DNA of 64,000 bases, taken from positions 69,573-133,572 of the forward strand of contig JAYPVM010000004.1 of the NCBI GenBank assembly GCA_038134595.1, in the 5' to 3' direction. Made by a program: the position numbers and the translations under genes. Positions 29,102 through 39,776 of this stretch are shown here, in pieces (the first letter of the stretch is position 1; every line of letters begins with the position of its first letter). Source of the stretch: Pseudomonadota bacterium. GTDB lineage: Bacteria; Bdellovibrionota_C; UBA2361; OMII01. Under the pieces are notes generated by a model. That model did no database searches. It was not told where the DNA came from and saw nothing but the letters and a program-made list of their open reading frames with translations.

Positions 29102-30388
29102 CTATAGCGTGCGATCCATATCCCAATTCTCAAGGTAGTCTCGGATGAATGCCAGGAATTGTCCACCGAGTGAGCCGTCTACAATCCTGTGATCGTAGGA
29201 GAGCGTTAGGTAGCAAATCTGCCGGATAGCTATCATATCATCTATGACAACAGGTCGTTTCTTAATGGCCCCTAAGCACAAGATCGCTACTTGCGGTTGG
29301 TTTATAATAGGGGTGCCGATAATAGTACCGAAGACCCCTGGATTAGTGACGGTAAAGGTTCCTCCAGCCACGTCGTCAGGGACCAGTTTTTTGTTGCGAG
29401 CACGCTGCGCCAAGTCATTAAGGGAGCGTGCGATACCGACAAGATTCTTCTCCTCAGCCTTCTTTATGACGGGAACAATAAGTCCAGTGTTTCCAAGTGC
29501 TACAGCACATCCTAAATTCACATGTTTCTTGAGGATTACTTTTTTGCCCTCAATGGAGGAGTTAACGTAAGGGAATGCCTCAAGAGCCTTTACCGTAGCC
29601 TCGAGGAAAAAGGGTGTGAAACTTAAGTTGAAGCCCTCACTCTTTTTGAATGCACCTTTTTGCTTCGCTCTCCAGTTTGCGATGTTAGTAACATCGATCT
29701 CTTGAATCGAGTAAACATGGGGAGATGTTTGTTTTGAGCGCACCATGTGATCAGCGATTGCCTGACGCATCGCATCCATCATAACTACTTGAGTTCCATC
29801 AGCACCCCATTCGCCATTTATAGAGGGAGTTGGTTTCGATTCTTTCGGCTTAGCTGGTGTTGGTTGTTTCTGAGGCGTGCTCTCCTTGCTCTCAATGTAC
29901 TTGAGGAGATCCTCCTTATTAACGCGTCCGTTTACTCCCGATCCCTCAATTGAATCAAGCTCCTGAAGGGAGATTCCTTCTTTCTCTGCAAGGCTCTTTA
30001 CTAACGGAGAGTACGAGCGTTCTCCACTTTCACGTTCCGTTGTTTCAGGCGGTGTTTGGGCAACTTGAGTGGAAGAAGAAGCGAGGGCGTCTTTTTGGCT
30101 AGCAGTTTCATGAGTTCCGTTTGAGCTAGGAGCTGCTCCGTTAGCCGTTGCTTGGGTGTCGATGACTGCAATCTTTGTTTTTACTGGGACAACATCTCCC
30201 TCGTTAAACAACACCTCTGAGAGAACTCCTGCGGCTGGAGCTGGAATCTCCGAATCAACTTTGTCCGTTGATATTTCGAGGATAACCTCATCTTTCTCGA
30301 CTGACTCTCCCGGACCTTTGAGCCATTTTGAGATTGTTGCTTCAGCTATCGACTCGCCCATTTGTGGCATCAACATCTCGACTTTCAT
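29102..30388 (-). CDS. 2-oxoacid dehydrogenase E2 (dihydrolipoamide acyltransferase)
   Basis: Lipoyl domain STDKVDSE, E3-binding GSG..GRV.KED, catalytic YDHRIVDG. Confidence 0.93.
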   Translation of the reverse strand: MKVEMLMPQMGESIAEATISKWLKGPGESVEKDEVILEISTDKVDSEIPAPAAGVLSEVLFNEGDVVPVKTKIAVIDTQATANGAAPSSNGTHETASQKDALASSSTQVAQTPPETTERESGERSYSPLVKSLAEKEGISLQELDSIEGSGVNGRVNKEDLLKYIESKESTPQKQPTPAKPKESKPTPSINGEWGADGTQVVMMDAMRQAIADHMVRSKQTSPHVYSIQEIDVTNIANWRAKQKGAFKKSEGFNLSFTPFFLEATVKALEAFPYVNSSIEGKKVILKKHVNLGCAVALGNTGLIVPVIKKAEEKNLVGIARSLNDLAQRARNKKLVPDDVAGGTFTVTNPGVFGTIIGTPIINQPQVAILCLGAIKKRPVVIDDMIAIRQICYLTLSYDHRIVDGSLGGQFLAFIRDYLENWDMDRTL

Positions 30389-30593
30389 TGCTACAGGCTC
30401 CTTAGGAATCTCTATATTTATTAAAACAGTTTTTGCACGAAGCTCGAAAACTTGCGATTATGTTTATAGACCGTTATCGCATTAAGAGAAAGTTATCACA
30501 GCTAACATTAACAAGCTTCTCAGTAAATGAGATGAATTGGCGTTGTGATTAGAATCTTTATTTTGTGGTGAGATAATCAGTAGGTGTCGAGAT

Positions 30594-31217
30594 CTACTGA
30601 CCGACCGCTATCGCCCTAGGAGACGCTGTTTTATTACGATCGCTCGATACTCCAATTTCGAGGCGTTCAGCGTAGCATCTTGAGCAGGCAGGAAGATACT
30701 TCTCCTCTGAACCGAGCTCGACTGACGGGCCTTCCAGGGTCGGAACGCCATTTTTGAATTTAAGATTAAAAAGCGCGCGCTTGTCGCAAAAAAAGCACGT
30801 TGTTTTTATTTCGCTTATCTCATCTGCGAGTTCAAGAAGGCGTTGTGAGCCTTTGAATAGATTTCGTTTGAAGTCAGAACGGAGTCCATAGCAGATTACT
30901 GGTATATCCAAATCGATTGAGAGGGCTCGTAACTGAGTCACAAATTGAGGGGTCAAAAACTGAGCCTCATCTATAAGAATGCAGTTTATGTTGTTGAAAT
31001 CGCAGTACTTTAGAACCGTATTATGCTCGATTAAAAGATCTGCTTCCCGCTCGAGTCCTGCCCGAGATTTGACCAATCGCTTGCCAAATCGGGTGTCCAG
31101 TGAGGGTTTCATCACCACAACTTTCTTGCCTTGTTGGGTGTATGAGTGCGCTACTGCTAGTAAATTGAGTGTCTTAGCACTTCCTACAGTACCGTAACGG
31201 AAATAGAGCTTAGCCAT
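30594..31217 (-). CDS. tdk: Thymidine kinase
   Basis: LYFRYG..GSAKT, IDEAQF, YGLRSDF, zinc Cys pairs. Confidence 0.93.
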   Translation of the reverse strand: MAKLYFRYGTVGSAKTLNLLAVAHSYTQQGKKVVVMKPSLDTRFGKRLVKSRAGLEREADLLIEHNTVLKYCDFNNINCILIDEAQFLTPQFVTQLRALSIDLDIPVICYGLRSDFKRNLFKGSQRLLELADEISEIKTTCFFCDKRALFNLKFKNGVPTLEGPSVELGSEEKYLPACSRCYAERLEIGVSSDRNKTASPRAIAVGQ

Positions 31218-31410
31218 AATAGTTCTTCGTTTCCTTCCTTGTGCTTTGCCATTGTCCTGGTAGCCTATAGAAAAACGGAGTGATAGTGAATCTTTCTTTC
31301 ATGTTTCCTGGTAGTACCGCTTGGTTGCCGTGCCGTTTTGTCGTGTATCGACATCTTATAGATACGGCAGGATTTAGTATGGATTAGACCTTCAACGTGG
31401 GGAAAAGAGT

Positions 31411-32607
31411 ATGTTAATTCGGAAAGTTATGACCCGTCCACAAAGTGTTTTATACATTCTTTGGAGCTTTTGTATCGTTGTGATGGGCGTAGGGATTTGG
31501 CTGTTAGGGGGATTGAGCCGAGCATTTGTGGCTAATCCTGTTTTTAATACGGTGATTCTTTGTACCTTAGTGGTTGGAATCATAGCCGCCATTCGACAGG
31601 TTTTACGGATCGATGCGAGTGTAAGATGGCTTCATGCAAAGGAAGACAGCAAAACTGATATAGCTGGCACGCCTTACCTGTTAGTTCCTCTATTCCCGGT
31701 TTTGAAATCAGAGCAAGAGGAGCCGACGTGTAGTCCCCTTTCGTTGAAGGCTATGCTTGATGGAGTGTTTGTGCGCCTTGATGATGGACGAGAGGTGACG
31801 AGATACATCATGAACGTTCTGATCCTCTTAGGGCTTCTTGGAACCTTCTGGGGGCTATTGCAGACAGTTGGAGGAATCGGTTCTGTTATTGGAGGATTAA
31901 GCCTCTCTGAGGGCGATGTTTCGACAGTCTTTGATAGCTTTAAAGCGGGATTGCAGCGTCCTCTCGATGGAATGGGGATTTCATTTAGTGCCTCTTTGTT
32001 TGGATTAGCAAGTTCGCTAATAGTGGGTTTTATGGATCTGCAAGCCGGGCGGGCTCAGACTACATTTTGCACTCAACTAGAAGAAATTTTCAGCATGTCC
32101 AGTGAAGCAACAGCTCTGTTTGAGGATATAGAGGGCATCAATGTTTCAGCCGCTAGCTCCTTTGGAGGAGGGTATCAGGATGCTGTTGTGCAGGCCTTGA
32201 CCGATGAACTTGCCAAGCTTCAACGATTGTTAAAGCAACAATCGGAACGTCAAAAAGAGGAGCAAATAAACGCAAGACAGCTTCATGAGGTTCTTATCGC
32301 GCTCGACACTCATATTACATCACACAGTGCTTCGACACAGAAGTTAATGTCGTTTCATCAGGAAGCGGCTGGTGTTTTTGATAGGCTGTTAGAAAAATTA
32401 GAGAGTTCAGGAATGACCTCAATGGAGCAGCATCTTCGAGGCCTTGATGGACGCGTTCGAGAGTTGTCAAATCAGTTGTCGACTGCCTCTGAAATTCAAA
32501 CAGATGCATTGCGGCGTGAACTTCGTGTTATTGCCCGATTGCTGGCCGGATCATCAGTAAACTTAGACAAGAACCTCGACAGTGAATCGGAAGTCTTGGC
32601 CAGTTAA
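31411..32607 (+). CDS. MotA/TolQ/ExbB-family membrane protein with long helical C-terminal tail
   Basis: LGLLGTFWGL, GMGISFSASLFGL; about 180-aa soluble tail. Confidence 0.8.
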   Translation: MLIRKVMTRPQSVLYILWSFCIVVMGVGIWLLGGLSRAFVANPVFNTVILCTLVVGIIAAIRQVLRIDASVRWLHAKEDSKTDIAGTPYLLVPLFPVLKSEQEEPTCSPLSLKAMLDGVFVRLDDGREVTRYIMNVLILLGLLGTFWGLLQTVGGIGSVIGGLSLSEGDVSTVFDSFKAGLQRPLDGMGISFSASLFGLASSLIVGFMDLQAGRAQTTFCTQLEEIFSMSSEATALFEDIEGINVSAASSFGGGYQDAVVQALTDELAKLQRLLKQQSERQKEEQINARQLHEVLIALDTHITSHSASTQKLMSFHQEAAGVFDRLLEKLESSGMTSMEQHLRGLDGRVRELSNQLSTASEIQTDALRRELRVIARLLAGSSVNLDKNLDSESEVLAS

Positions 32608-32615
32608 GGAGTCCT

Positions 32616-33647
32616 TTGATGAGCTACTTTTCGAGACGAGCAAAGCGCAGAAACTTCGATGTTTGGCCAGGATATGTCGATGCTCTATCATCGATGTTGA
32701 TGATGATAGCTTTAGTGCTATTAGTGATGGTTGCCGCGCAGTTTTATTTGGGTAATGCAATTAATAGCAAGGATCTCGCCCTTGGTAATCTGACGCAACA
32801 ATTAAAGAGGCTCTCTGCGTCACTTTCGTTTGAGAAGAAAACAGTCGAAGACTTAAAACAGCAGAAGTCTTTGTTGGAGTCAGAGCGTCTGGAAGCGGAT
32901 GCCGCATTACGAGCTCTTCGGACTAATCTTAGGGAGCGGGAGCAAGATCTCCGGGGATTGGAGCAAGAAAGAGATACGCTTCAAGCGAGAACAACGAACG
33001 CTGAATCTGAAGTAGTCTCGTTTCGGGAGCAAATGGCCACGCTTGCCAAAGAGGTTGAAGAATTAAACTCACAGCTGCGTCTTCTTACAGCAGACCTATC
33101 TTCGGCAAAGAGTAGCTTGCTTGATAAAGATAAAAAGATAACGGACCTCGACCGAAAGCTACGAGAAGCCATGGTACATAAAGTTGCAGAGCTTGCAGAG
33201 TATCGCTCAGAGTTTTTTGGCCGATTGAAGAAGGCATTGGGCGCAAGACCGGAGGTGCGGGTTGTGGGGGATCGATTCGTATTTCAGTCTGAAGTTCTTT
33301 TCCCGACAGCCTCGGCTGATTTGGGCGAAGGAGGTAAGGTTGAGTTGGCGAAAATTGCGATTGGAATTAAAGAGATGTCTGCGGATATTCCTAAAGACGT
33401 GAATTGGATTCTAACGGTTATTGGCCATACTGATAGGTTGCCAATAAGCACGGCATTGTATCCGTCTAACTGGGAGCTTTCGACTGCCCGGGCGCATTCT
33501 GTTGTACGCTTTTTGATTGAAGCTGGGATACCTGCGCATCGATTAGCGGTTTCTGGATACGGCGAGCATCAACCTATTGAAGATGGATATTCAGAAGATG
33601 CACTTGCTAAAAACCGTCGAATTGAACTTAAATTTAATCAGAAATGA
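32616..33647 (+). CDS. MotB-like protein (TM, coiled coil, OmpA peptidoglycan-binding domain)
   Basis: WPGYVDAL with the conserved TM Asp, GHTD, NWELSTARA, NRRIE. Confidence 0.85.
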   Translation: MMSYFSRRAKRRNFDVWPGYVDALSSMLMMIALVLLVMVAAQFYLGNAINSKDLALGNLTQQLKRLSASLSFEKKTVEDLKQQKSLLESERLEADAALRALRTNLREREQDLRGLEQERDTLQARTTNAESEVVSFREQMATLAKEVEELNSQLRLLTADLSSAKSSLLDKDKKITDLDRKLREAMVHKVAELAEYRSEFFGRLKKALGARPEVRVVGDRFVFQSEVLFPTASADLGEGGKVELAKIAIGIKEMSADIPKDVNWILTVIGHTDRLPISTALYPSNWELSTARAHSVVRFLIEAGIPAHRLAVSGYGEHQPIEDGYSEDALAKNRRIELKFNQK

Positions 33648-33813
33648 CGCGAAAATCCCGCTGGTAACACGGTACAGTGCGGCATAGGCAGAGCCAGGCA
33701 CTTAGCTGATTATTTTACTACGCATTATGCGGCAATTTGATGAAAGAGTGAGGGTTATTTTGCGGCCTAATAAGGAGCTCTCGACACCGCAGAAAAAAAA
33801 CCTGTAGAGATCT

Positions 33814-34683
33814 TTATGTCAAGATTGGCCAGTTCGAAACTTTTCGATCGCTCCATGGACGTGCATCGCCGTTGGTACGACAGAGGGCGAGATCTTCAAA
33901 GCTTATGTCTGCTATCGCAACCGATTCTTCATTTAGCGCGCTTTGTGCTAGAAATCCCGAATCTGGAAAAGGGTCTTTGCAGGGGGCTATGATAGTGCTT
34001 CTTCCATAACCAGTTCCGAGCGAGAAGCGTTCGATGGGGCCGACCAAACTGGTATGAACAACGAACTGCTCGTTTTCAACGGCTCTAGCCATACTGCTCC
34101 ATAATACACGTTGGTGGCTGTGTTGGCTCTCGCAATAACTCGGTACGCAGAGTAGTTCTACGCCATTTTCAGCGAGCGCTCGAGCTGCCTCTGGAAATTC
34201 CGAATCATAGCAAATGAGCACACCGAGTCTTGGATCCGGGAGTTGTTGAAGTCCCATTTCTGAGTGTAATTTCCATTGATGTTTTTCCCATGCAGTGGAA
34301 CAATTTTTGGGTTGGTACAAAAGCGCACCACTGTTCCACGCAATTGTTGAAGCATTTACCGTTCCCTTTGTATGAGGACGTAGATAGGACCCTCCCACAA
34401 TAACTATATTATGCGATATCGCTAGTTGTTTTAAGTGCTCATCGAGCTTGTCATAAAAAGGTAAGAGGTGACCGACTACATCGCGCTCAGCTCCATCACC
34501 GAAGAGGGATAAGAGCTCAACTTCAAACAGCTCCGGAAAAACTACGATGTTGGCACCACCTCGCACCGCTTCAAGAGTCAACGAATTGCAATGTTGAAAG
34601 AATTCATCGACATGGCTGATTGTTCGGACACCCCACGAAACTGCTGCAACGCGTGTTTTTGGTGTTGGAAGAGAAGTGTCCAT
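33814..34683 (-). CDS. Carbon-nitrogen hydrolase (nitrilase superfamily)
   Basis: VFPE, QPK, ICYDSEFPE (E-K-C triad), ARAVEN. Confidence 0.88.
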   Translation of the reverse strand: MDTSLPTPKTRVAAVSWGVRTISHVDEFFQHCNSLTLEAVRGGANIVVFPELFEVELLSLFGDGAERDVVGHLLPFYDKLDEHLKQLAISHNIVIVGGSYLRPHTKGTVNASTIAWNSGALLYQPKNCSTAWEKHQWKLHSEMGLQQLPDPRLGVLICYDSEFPEAARALAENGVELLCVPSYCESQHSHQRVLWSSMARAVENEQFVVHTSLVGPIERFSLGTGYGRSTIIAPCKDPFPDSGFLAQSALNEESVAIADISFEDLALCRTNGDARPWSDRKVSNWPILT

Positions 34684-34718
34684 AGCTATACCAAAAGCTC
34701 CAGCTATAAAGCTTTGTG

Positions 34719-36794
34719 TTAGAAACCAAGGAGTTCTTCAAGTGCTGTTGTTATATCGGCTTGCTGCGGAAGTATGGCATCTTCGAGTATTGGTGCATGA
34801 GGAACCGCGGCCGCGTATTTCATTCCGACGCGCTTTATCGGAGCGTCGAGATCCATAAAACAGTTGTCGGCAATTTGAGCCGCTATCTCTGCACCAAATC
34901 CCCCAAAAAGCACATCCTCGTGAGCAATCAAGACCCGACTGGTTTTTTTAACGCTATCAAAAACACATTCTCGGTCGAACGGGACAATGGAGCGGAGATC
35001 AATGACTTCCACCGAATAGCCCTTTGCTCGCATTGCTTCAGCCGCAAGGGTGCTTCGGTGTACTAAGGCGCCCCAAGTAACTATTGTTGCATGTTCACCC
35101 TTTCGAATGACTTTTGCCTTGCCAAGTGGAACAAGATGTTCTGAACTCCCTTCGGGTGATTTTGCAAAGACTTGTCTATAAAGGCCCTTATGTTCTAAGA
35201 ACAGGACAGGATCTGAGCCTCTAATCGCTGCCTTCAAGAGGCCCTTTGCATCTGAAGCATTTGATGGGTATGCGATATGAAGCCCAGGAAAATGTGCAAA
35301 GGTAGCCTCTATGTTCTGGGAATGATAGGCGCCTCCACGGATATATCCTCCCACCGGAATTCGAATAACCGCCGGACACGAAAAATCGCCCGCGCTACGG
35401 TAATGTAGCATGGCTAGTTCGTTACGGATCTGATTCATGCCGGTCCACACATAGTCTCCAAACTGAATCTCAGCTACCGGCTTCATGCCACGAGTTGCTA
35501 ATCCTATTGCCACACCTACAATTGAGCTCTCAGCAAGCTGGCTGTTAAAGACACGGTCTTTGCCGTGTTTCTCGGTAAGCCCTGCTGTTACTGTGAAGAC
35601 TCCGCCTTTACCGTGAGCTACATCTTCTCCGAAGATGCACATGTTGGGCTCTCTCGAAAGCTCCTCGTCGAGTGCGTGGTTTAGTGCATCGACCATAAAT
35701 GCGTCATCTCCCGTCGGCGGCGTTTCGACTATCGCAGACCAAGGAGTCTCGTCATGCACGGTATGAGTGGTTGCCGAATCAGGGGAGGGATCTGGCGATT
35801 GCTCGGCTTTTTCAGCAGCTTCATCTACCATCCTCTTTAGAAGGACGTTTAAAGACTGTATCTCTTCCTCTGAAGCTGATTTTTGGGTCGCTATAAGCTT
35901 CTCTGTTCGTGCAATTGGACAACGCTGGAGCTCAGCGGCTATATCTTCTTTTGAGCGATACTTTAGATGATTGTCCGAGATTGAATGGCTTTGCAGACGT
36001 GGCACATGGGCTTCGATAAGTGAGGGACCTTCCCCTCTTCTTGCACGGTCATGTGCCGCGGTTAGTGCGTCAATAGACTCAAAGAGATCGCAGCCGTCAA
36101 TTTCCTTTGTGTCGAGGTTTTCGAAGTTTTTCGTAATGTGAGCTATACTATTGCCTGCAAGTTGCTCCGAAATATGAACCGAGATGGCATAGTTGTTGTT
36201 TTCGATGACAAAAACAACCGGAAGCTTCTCACGAGATGCCCAATTGAGTGCTTCGTGAAGATCTCCTTGAGCACAGGTTCCCTCACCCGCAGATACATAC
36301 ACGACTTCATCGAGGCCTTTTAATTTTGCACCGAGTGCACAGCCTACTGCTTGGAGAAATTGAGAGCCTGTCGGAGAGCTTTGAGGCGGAACTCTGAGGG
36401 GAAGGCTTGCGTAATGCATCGGCATCATACGACCGTGGGAGTTAGGATCGCCTTCTTTGTTCATGGCATTCATCATTAGCTCTTCTGGAGTCATACCAAG
36501 TGCTACCATGAGAGCCATGTCTCTGTAATAGGGGTAGAACCAATCGTGACCGGCCCGAAAAACGTGAGCTGCCGCAACTTGCACTGCTTCATGACCGGCA
36601 CAGCTAATCTGAAAGTGACATTTGTTCTGTTTATAGAGGGTGATTGTTTTCTCGTCTAATAATCTTGCCAGCACCATTGATTTGTAGGCCCAAAGGGTAA
36701 GCTCCTTATCGGATTGTGCCTGTGAGGTTTGACGAGAGGTTTTTTTTACCGCATTTTTTTTTGTTGGTTTCGATGACTGTCGTGTTTTGACCAT
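34719..36794 (-). CDS. Fused E1 alpha/beta 2-oxoacid dehydrogenase, probably branched-chain
   Basis: GHEA, PYYRD, GEG...ENN TPP motif, GEDV, AEIQF, YHSQ, FLEHK, IDLR. Confidence 0.92.
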   Translation of the reverse strand: MVKTRQSSKPTKKNAVKKTSRQTSQAQSDKELTLWAYKSMVLARLLDEKTITLYKQNKCHFQISCAGHEAVQVAAAHVFRAGHDWFYPYYRDMALMVALGMTPEELMMNAMNKEGDPNSHGRMMPMHYASLPLRVPPQSSPTGSQFLQAVGCALGAKLKGLDEVVYVSAGEGTCAQGDLHEALNWASREKLPVVFVIENNNYAISVHISEQLAGNSIAHITKNFENLDTKEIDGCDLFESIDALTAAHDRARRGEGPSLIEAHVPRLQSHSISDNHLKYRSKEDIAAELQRCPIARTEKLIATQKSASEEEIQSLNVLLKRMVDEAAEKAEQSPDPSPDSATTHTVHDETPWSAIVETPPTGDDAFMVDALNHALDEELSREPNMCIFGEDVAHGKGGVFTVTAGLTEKHGKDRVFNSQLAESSIVGVAIGLATRGMKPVAEIQFGDYVWTGMNQIRNELAMLHYRSAGDFSCPAVIRIPVGGYIRGGAYHSQNIEATFAHFPGLHIAYPSNASDAKGLLKAAIRGSDPVLFLEHKGLYRQVFAKSPEGSSEHLVPLGKAKVIRKGEHATIVTWGALVHRSTLAAEAMRAKGYSVEVIDLRSIVPFDRECVFDSVKKTSRVLIAHEDVLFGGFGAEIAAQIADNCFMDLDAPIKRVGMKYAAAVPHAPILEDAILPQQADITTALEELLGF

Positions 36795-37236
36795 GATTGA
36801 GTCTCTCAAGTTCTACCAGCTACGCTTTTTTATTCCTGACTCTCTATCTCTTTTTTAATCTGAAGGTGGTAATGGAAGAGGAGTCACTTATTGTGCCTGA
36901 CTAATTCTTTCTCTCCGGTCTATCACCCTGAAGGAAGTAGTTCTAGAGCCTCTTTAGGTTTTATCCTTTTTCGCGTTTTAACTACACGGCGATGCAGTAC
37001 TCAAAAATCGTGGTGCAATTGTGTGTAGCCTAACTGATGCGGAGGCTCCTATCAAAAACTTCTTCTATTACGTTGCCATACTAGGTTATGGTTTGCCACA
37101 CAATTATGCTAAGTAACTGACAATTGCTGATTATTTTAGTCTTAGGCAAGGTGTATTTTTAGACTCCTTTGGTGCTTTTCCTATTGTGTATTAACGAAAA
37201 GCGTGAATTGCTAGTGTTGTTTATTTGAATTGGCCT

Positions 37237-38094
37237 ATGAGCACGTTGCTTCTTTCAATTTTTGCCTCCTCGATAGTGTTTGCAATTTTCAAACTGTTTG
37301 ATCGCTTTGATGTAGATATTCTTCAAGCGGTCGTTATGAACTACATTACTGCGGCAGTGTGTGGTTTTGTGATTTTTTCAAACCAATGGCCATTCGGAGC
37401 GGGAGTTGATAGTGATTGGATATACTGGAGTGGTTTTGCTGCATGTATTTTTCTCTCACTTTTTTCGTTGATGGCAATCAGTAGTCAAAAAAATGGTGTG
37501 GGAGTGACGTCTGTCGCGGTAAAAATGAGTTTGGCACTCTCAATGGTGTGCTTGTCTCTGATGTACCATGAGCCAATGGCTGTCAGTAAGATAGTAGGGG
37601 TGTGTTGTGCTCTTTTGGGAGTTGGATTGGTTACGTTTCAAAGGAGCGCAGAAAAAGCGACAACATATTGGATGCCACTTGTTTTGTTTATGGCGAGCGC
37701 GCTACTTGACGTTATGTTAAATTACGTACAACACGAGGTTTTGCAAGGGGTAACTCCTGCTATATTTGCTGCAACATGCTTTGCATGTGCTGGCATCATG
37801 GGGAGTCTAATTGTTGGTGTTCGGAGTACACTTGGTATCTCAAATGTCTGTCTGCGGAGTGTAGGTGCAGGTGTATTTTTGGGAATCCCTAACTTTTTTT
37901 CTATCTATCTCCTAATGGAGAGTTATCGAGATGTATCATGGACAGATTCAAGTGTCTTAGGGGTAACAAACGTGGGAATCGTTGTTGTGACGACGTTGAT
38001 TGGAAGGGTGTTTTTCCGCGAAATTCTCTCGATTCGTCAAGTTGCTGGGCTTGCTAGTGCGGCGGTAGCTATTTTGCTTCTTTCATTTCACTAG
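37237..38094 (+). CDS. EamA/DMT family transporter
   Basis: About 10 TM segments; LGIPNFFSIYLL, NVGIV. Confidence 0.8.
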   Translation: MSTLLLSIFASSIVFAIFKLFDRFDVDILQAVVMNYITAAVCGFVIFSNQWPFGAGVDSDWIYWSGFAACIFLSLFSLMAISSQKNGVGVTSVAVKMSLALSMVCLSLMYHEPMAVSKIVGVCCALLGVGLVTFQRSAEKATTYWMPLVLFMASALLDVMLNYVQHEVLQGVTPAIFAATCFACAGIMGSLIVGVRSTLGISNVCLRSVGAGVFLGIPNFFSIYLLMESYRDVSWTDSSVLGVTNVGIVVVTTLIGRVFFREILSIRQVAGLASAAVAILLLSFH

Positions 38095-38123
38095 ATACCA
38101 CCTATCGGTTTGCGTATGGATTA

Positions 38124-39125
38124 GTGCGCTTTGATTTTGGTATTTGCAGGGTTGTTTGCCTAGAGCGTGACGATGTTTTTATACTCTCGGTTCGCGTTGT
38201 GTTACGGGTCATTATTATGTTCAGTTCTCATCATCCCCAAAGTTATTCGGAACAATTTGTTTCCATATCGGCTCCATGTCCTATCGTAGAGAATGTCCGT
38301 TCGGCTGGTTTGTTATCGAGAGCACAAGTCGAATTCAATAGTGCAGTCAGGGCTGCAGTTGGGCGTAGGAATGTCACACTCTATGGTGCCGCCGGAGCGG
38401 GGTTTTCTGATTTTCACACGACGATTAATTCCCCACAAGCTTTCTTTGTGTCTCATTATGATCAAATTGATTTGGTGACATGCCTTTCTAAGGCCCAAGA
38501 GTTTATGCGTACGGATAAACTTGCCGAAGCAAGTTATCGGCCATCGGTTGACAGATATAAATTTGACAAGCTAGGGAGTGGCTTTGCGAGTTATGGCTGT
38601 TTAGAGGGTGGGTACTTACTATCGGTAGCAATTGCAACTGAGCTCTCGGCGTGTGGAGTATCGGAGTTTGAGATTATATCGACCCGATTGGGCCCAGCCA
38701 TTGAGTACGCTATTCTTGGTATTGATTATCACGTTTGTTTTATCCAGGGAGATGTTTTATCGGTCTCTATTGACGAATTAGCCTCTCAAGCAGGAATGGC
38801 TATTGATACCTACTATCATCGAGCTGCGATGGAAATCCCCAGCACGTATCAAGGAGAAGGAATGTATTTTATGAGAGACGTATTTGCCCAAATGCCGACA
38901 GGAGGAGTGTTTGTGACGGATGATATATCTGCATCTCCTACGTTTCGATGGTTAGCAGATTGTTCAGACTCATTTCCGATGTCCTTTGAGAATACGGAGG
39001 GTATTTTGTGTGAAGAGGCGTTGCCAAGAGATCTGCTACGCCAAATGTACCGCTCAGGTGTTACTTCTTTGTCTGCTGCCTATGGAGCCTTATTGCGAAT
39101 TCGTAGGAAGTATTATTCTGAATAG
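38124..39125 (+). CDS. Hypothetical protein
   Basis: Long ORF; likely start ATG 38217; no confident family. Confidence 0.6.
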   Translation: MRFDFGICRVVCLERDDVFILSVRVVLRVIIMFSSHHPQSYSEQFVSISAPCPIVENVRSAGLLSRAQVEFNSAVRAAVGRRNVTLYGAAGAGFSDFHTTINSPQAFFVSHYDQIDLVTCLSKAQEFMRTDKLAEASYRPSVDRYKFDKLGSGFASYGCLEGGYLLSVAIATELSACGVSEFEIISTRLGPAIEYAILGIDYHVCFIQGDVLSVSIDELASQAGMAIDTYYHRAAMEIPSTYQGEGMYFMRDVFAQMPTGGVFVTDDISASPTFRWLADCSDSFPMSFENTEGILCEEALPRDLLRQMYRSGVTSLSAAYGALLRIRRKYYSE

Positions 39126-39772
39126 TGAAAGACACGCTGAAAGTTAGTAATCAGGCTAGTGAGTACTTCTTGTACAGTCGGAGAGGCGGTAGAGAGTTGC
39201 TCAATTGACGAAATATTTATATCCCCCAAACCACAGGGGTTAATTCTTTTGAATTGATCGTTACACTGTAAAACATTAAGAGACAAGCCGTGCAGTGTGC
39301 ACCATCTAGAGATCCGAACTCCGCTGAATGCGATTTTTGTGTTTTCGTCAAGCCAGACGCCTGTTTTGCCCGGAATGCGGATGCCATGTATTTGCCACTG
39401 ATTAAGAGTGCGCAGTGCTACTTCCTCCAGGGAGCGCATATACCAACCGACATCAGTTTTGTGGTGATGTAAATTTATGATGGGATAGATAATAGCTTGC
39501 TCCGGCCCATGGTATGTTACACTGCCTCCTCGTTCCACTCTCGTGAGTGGAATATCTAGAGTAGCTAACTCCTCGGCGGGTGCGAAAATATGCGCGTCTT
39601 CGGTAGACGTACCGCACGTATACACTGGAAAGTGTGAGCATGCCAGCAGTACATCTTGCTGAGCCCGATCGATGACGCCTCTATGGTAACGGCGCTGGAG
39701 TTCCAATGATTTGGAGTACTCAATGACGCCTAAGTCATAGATCTCGAGCGACGGACTTTCAGCCGACGACAT
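39113..39772 (-). CDS. lipB: Lipoyl(octanoyl) transferase
   Basis: HFPVYTCG, RGGSVTYHGP, TGVW, KIA, HGLSLN, INPCG. Confidence 0.93.
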   Translation of the reverse strand: MSSAESPSLEIYDLGVIEYSKSLELQRRYHRGVIDRAQQDVLLACSHFPVYTCGTSTEDAHIFAPAEELATLDIPLTRVERGGSVTYHGPEQAIIYPIINLHHHKTDVGWYMRSLEEVALRTLNQWQIHGIRIPGKTGVWLDENTKIAFSGVRISRWCTLHGLSLNVLQCNDQFKRINPCGLGDINISSIEQLSTASPTVQEVLTSLITNFQRVFHYSE

Positions 39773-39776
39773 ATTG

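Noticed and set aside
36860..36960. Imperfect hairpin and glycine-riboswitch-like words near the E1 start
   Set aside because: Core motifs are incomplete and the better-folding strand is antisense to E1.
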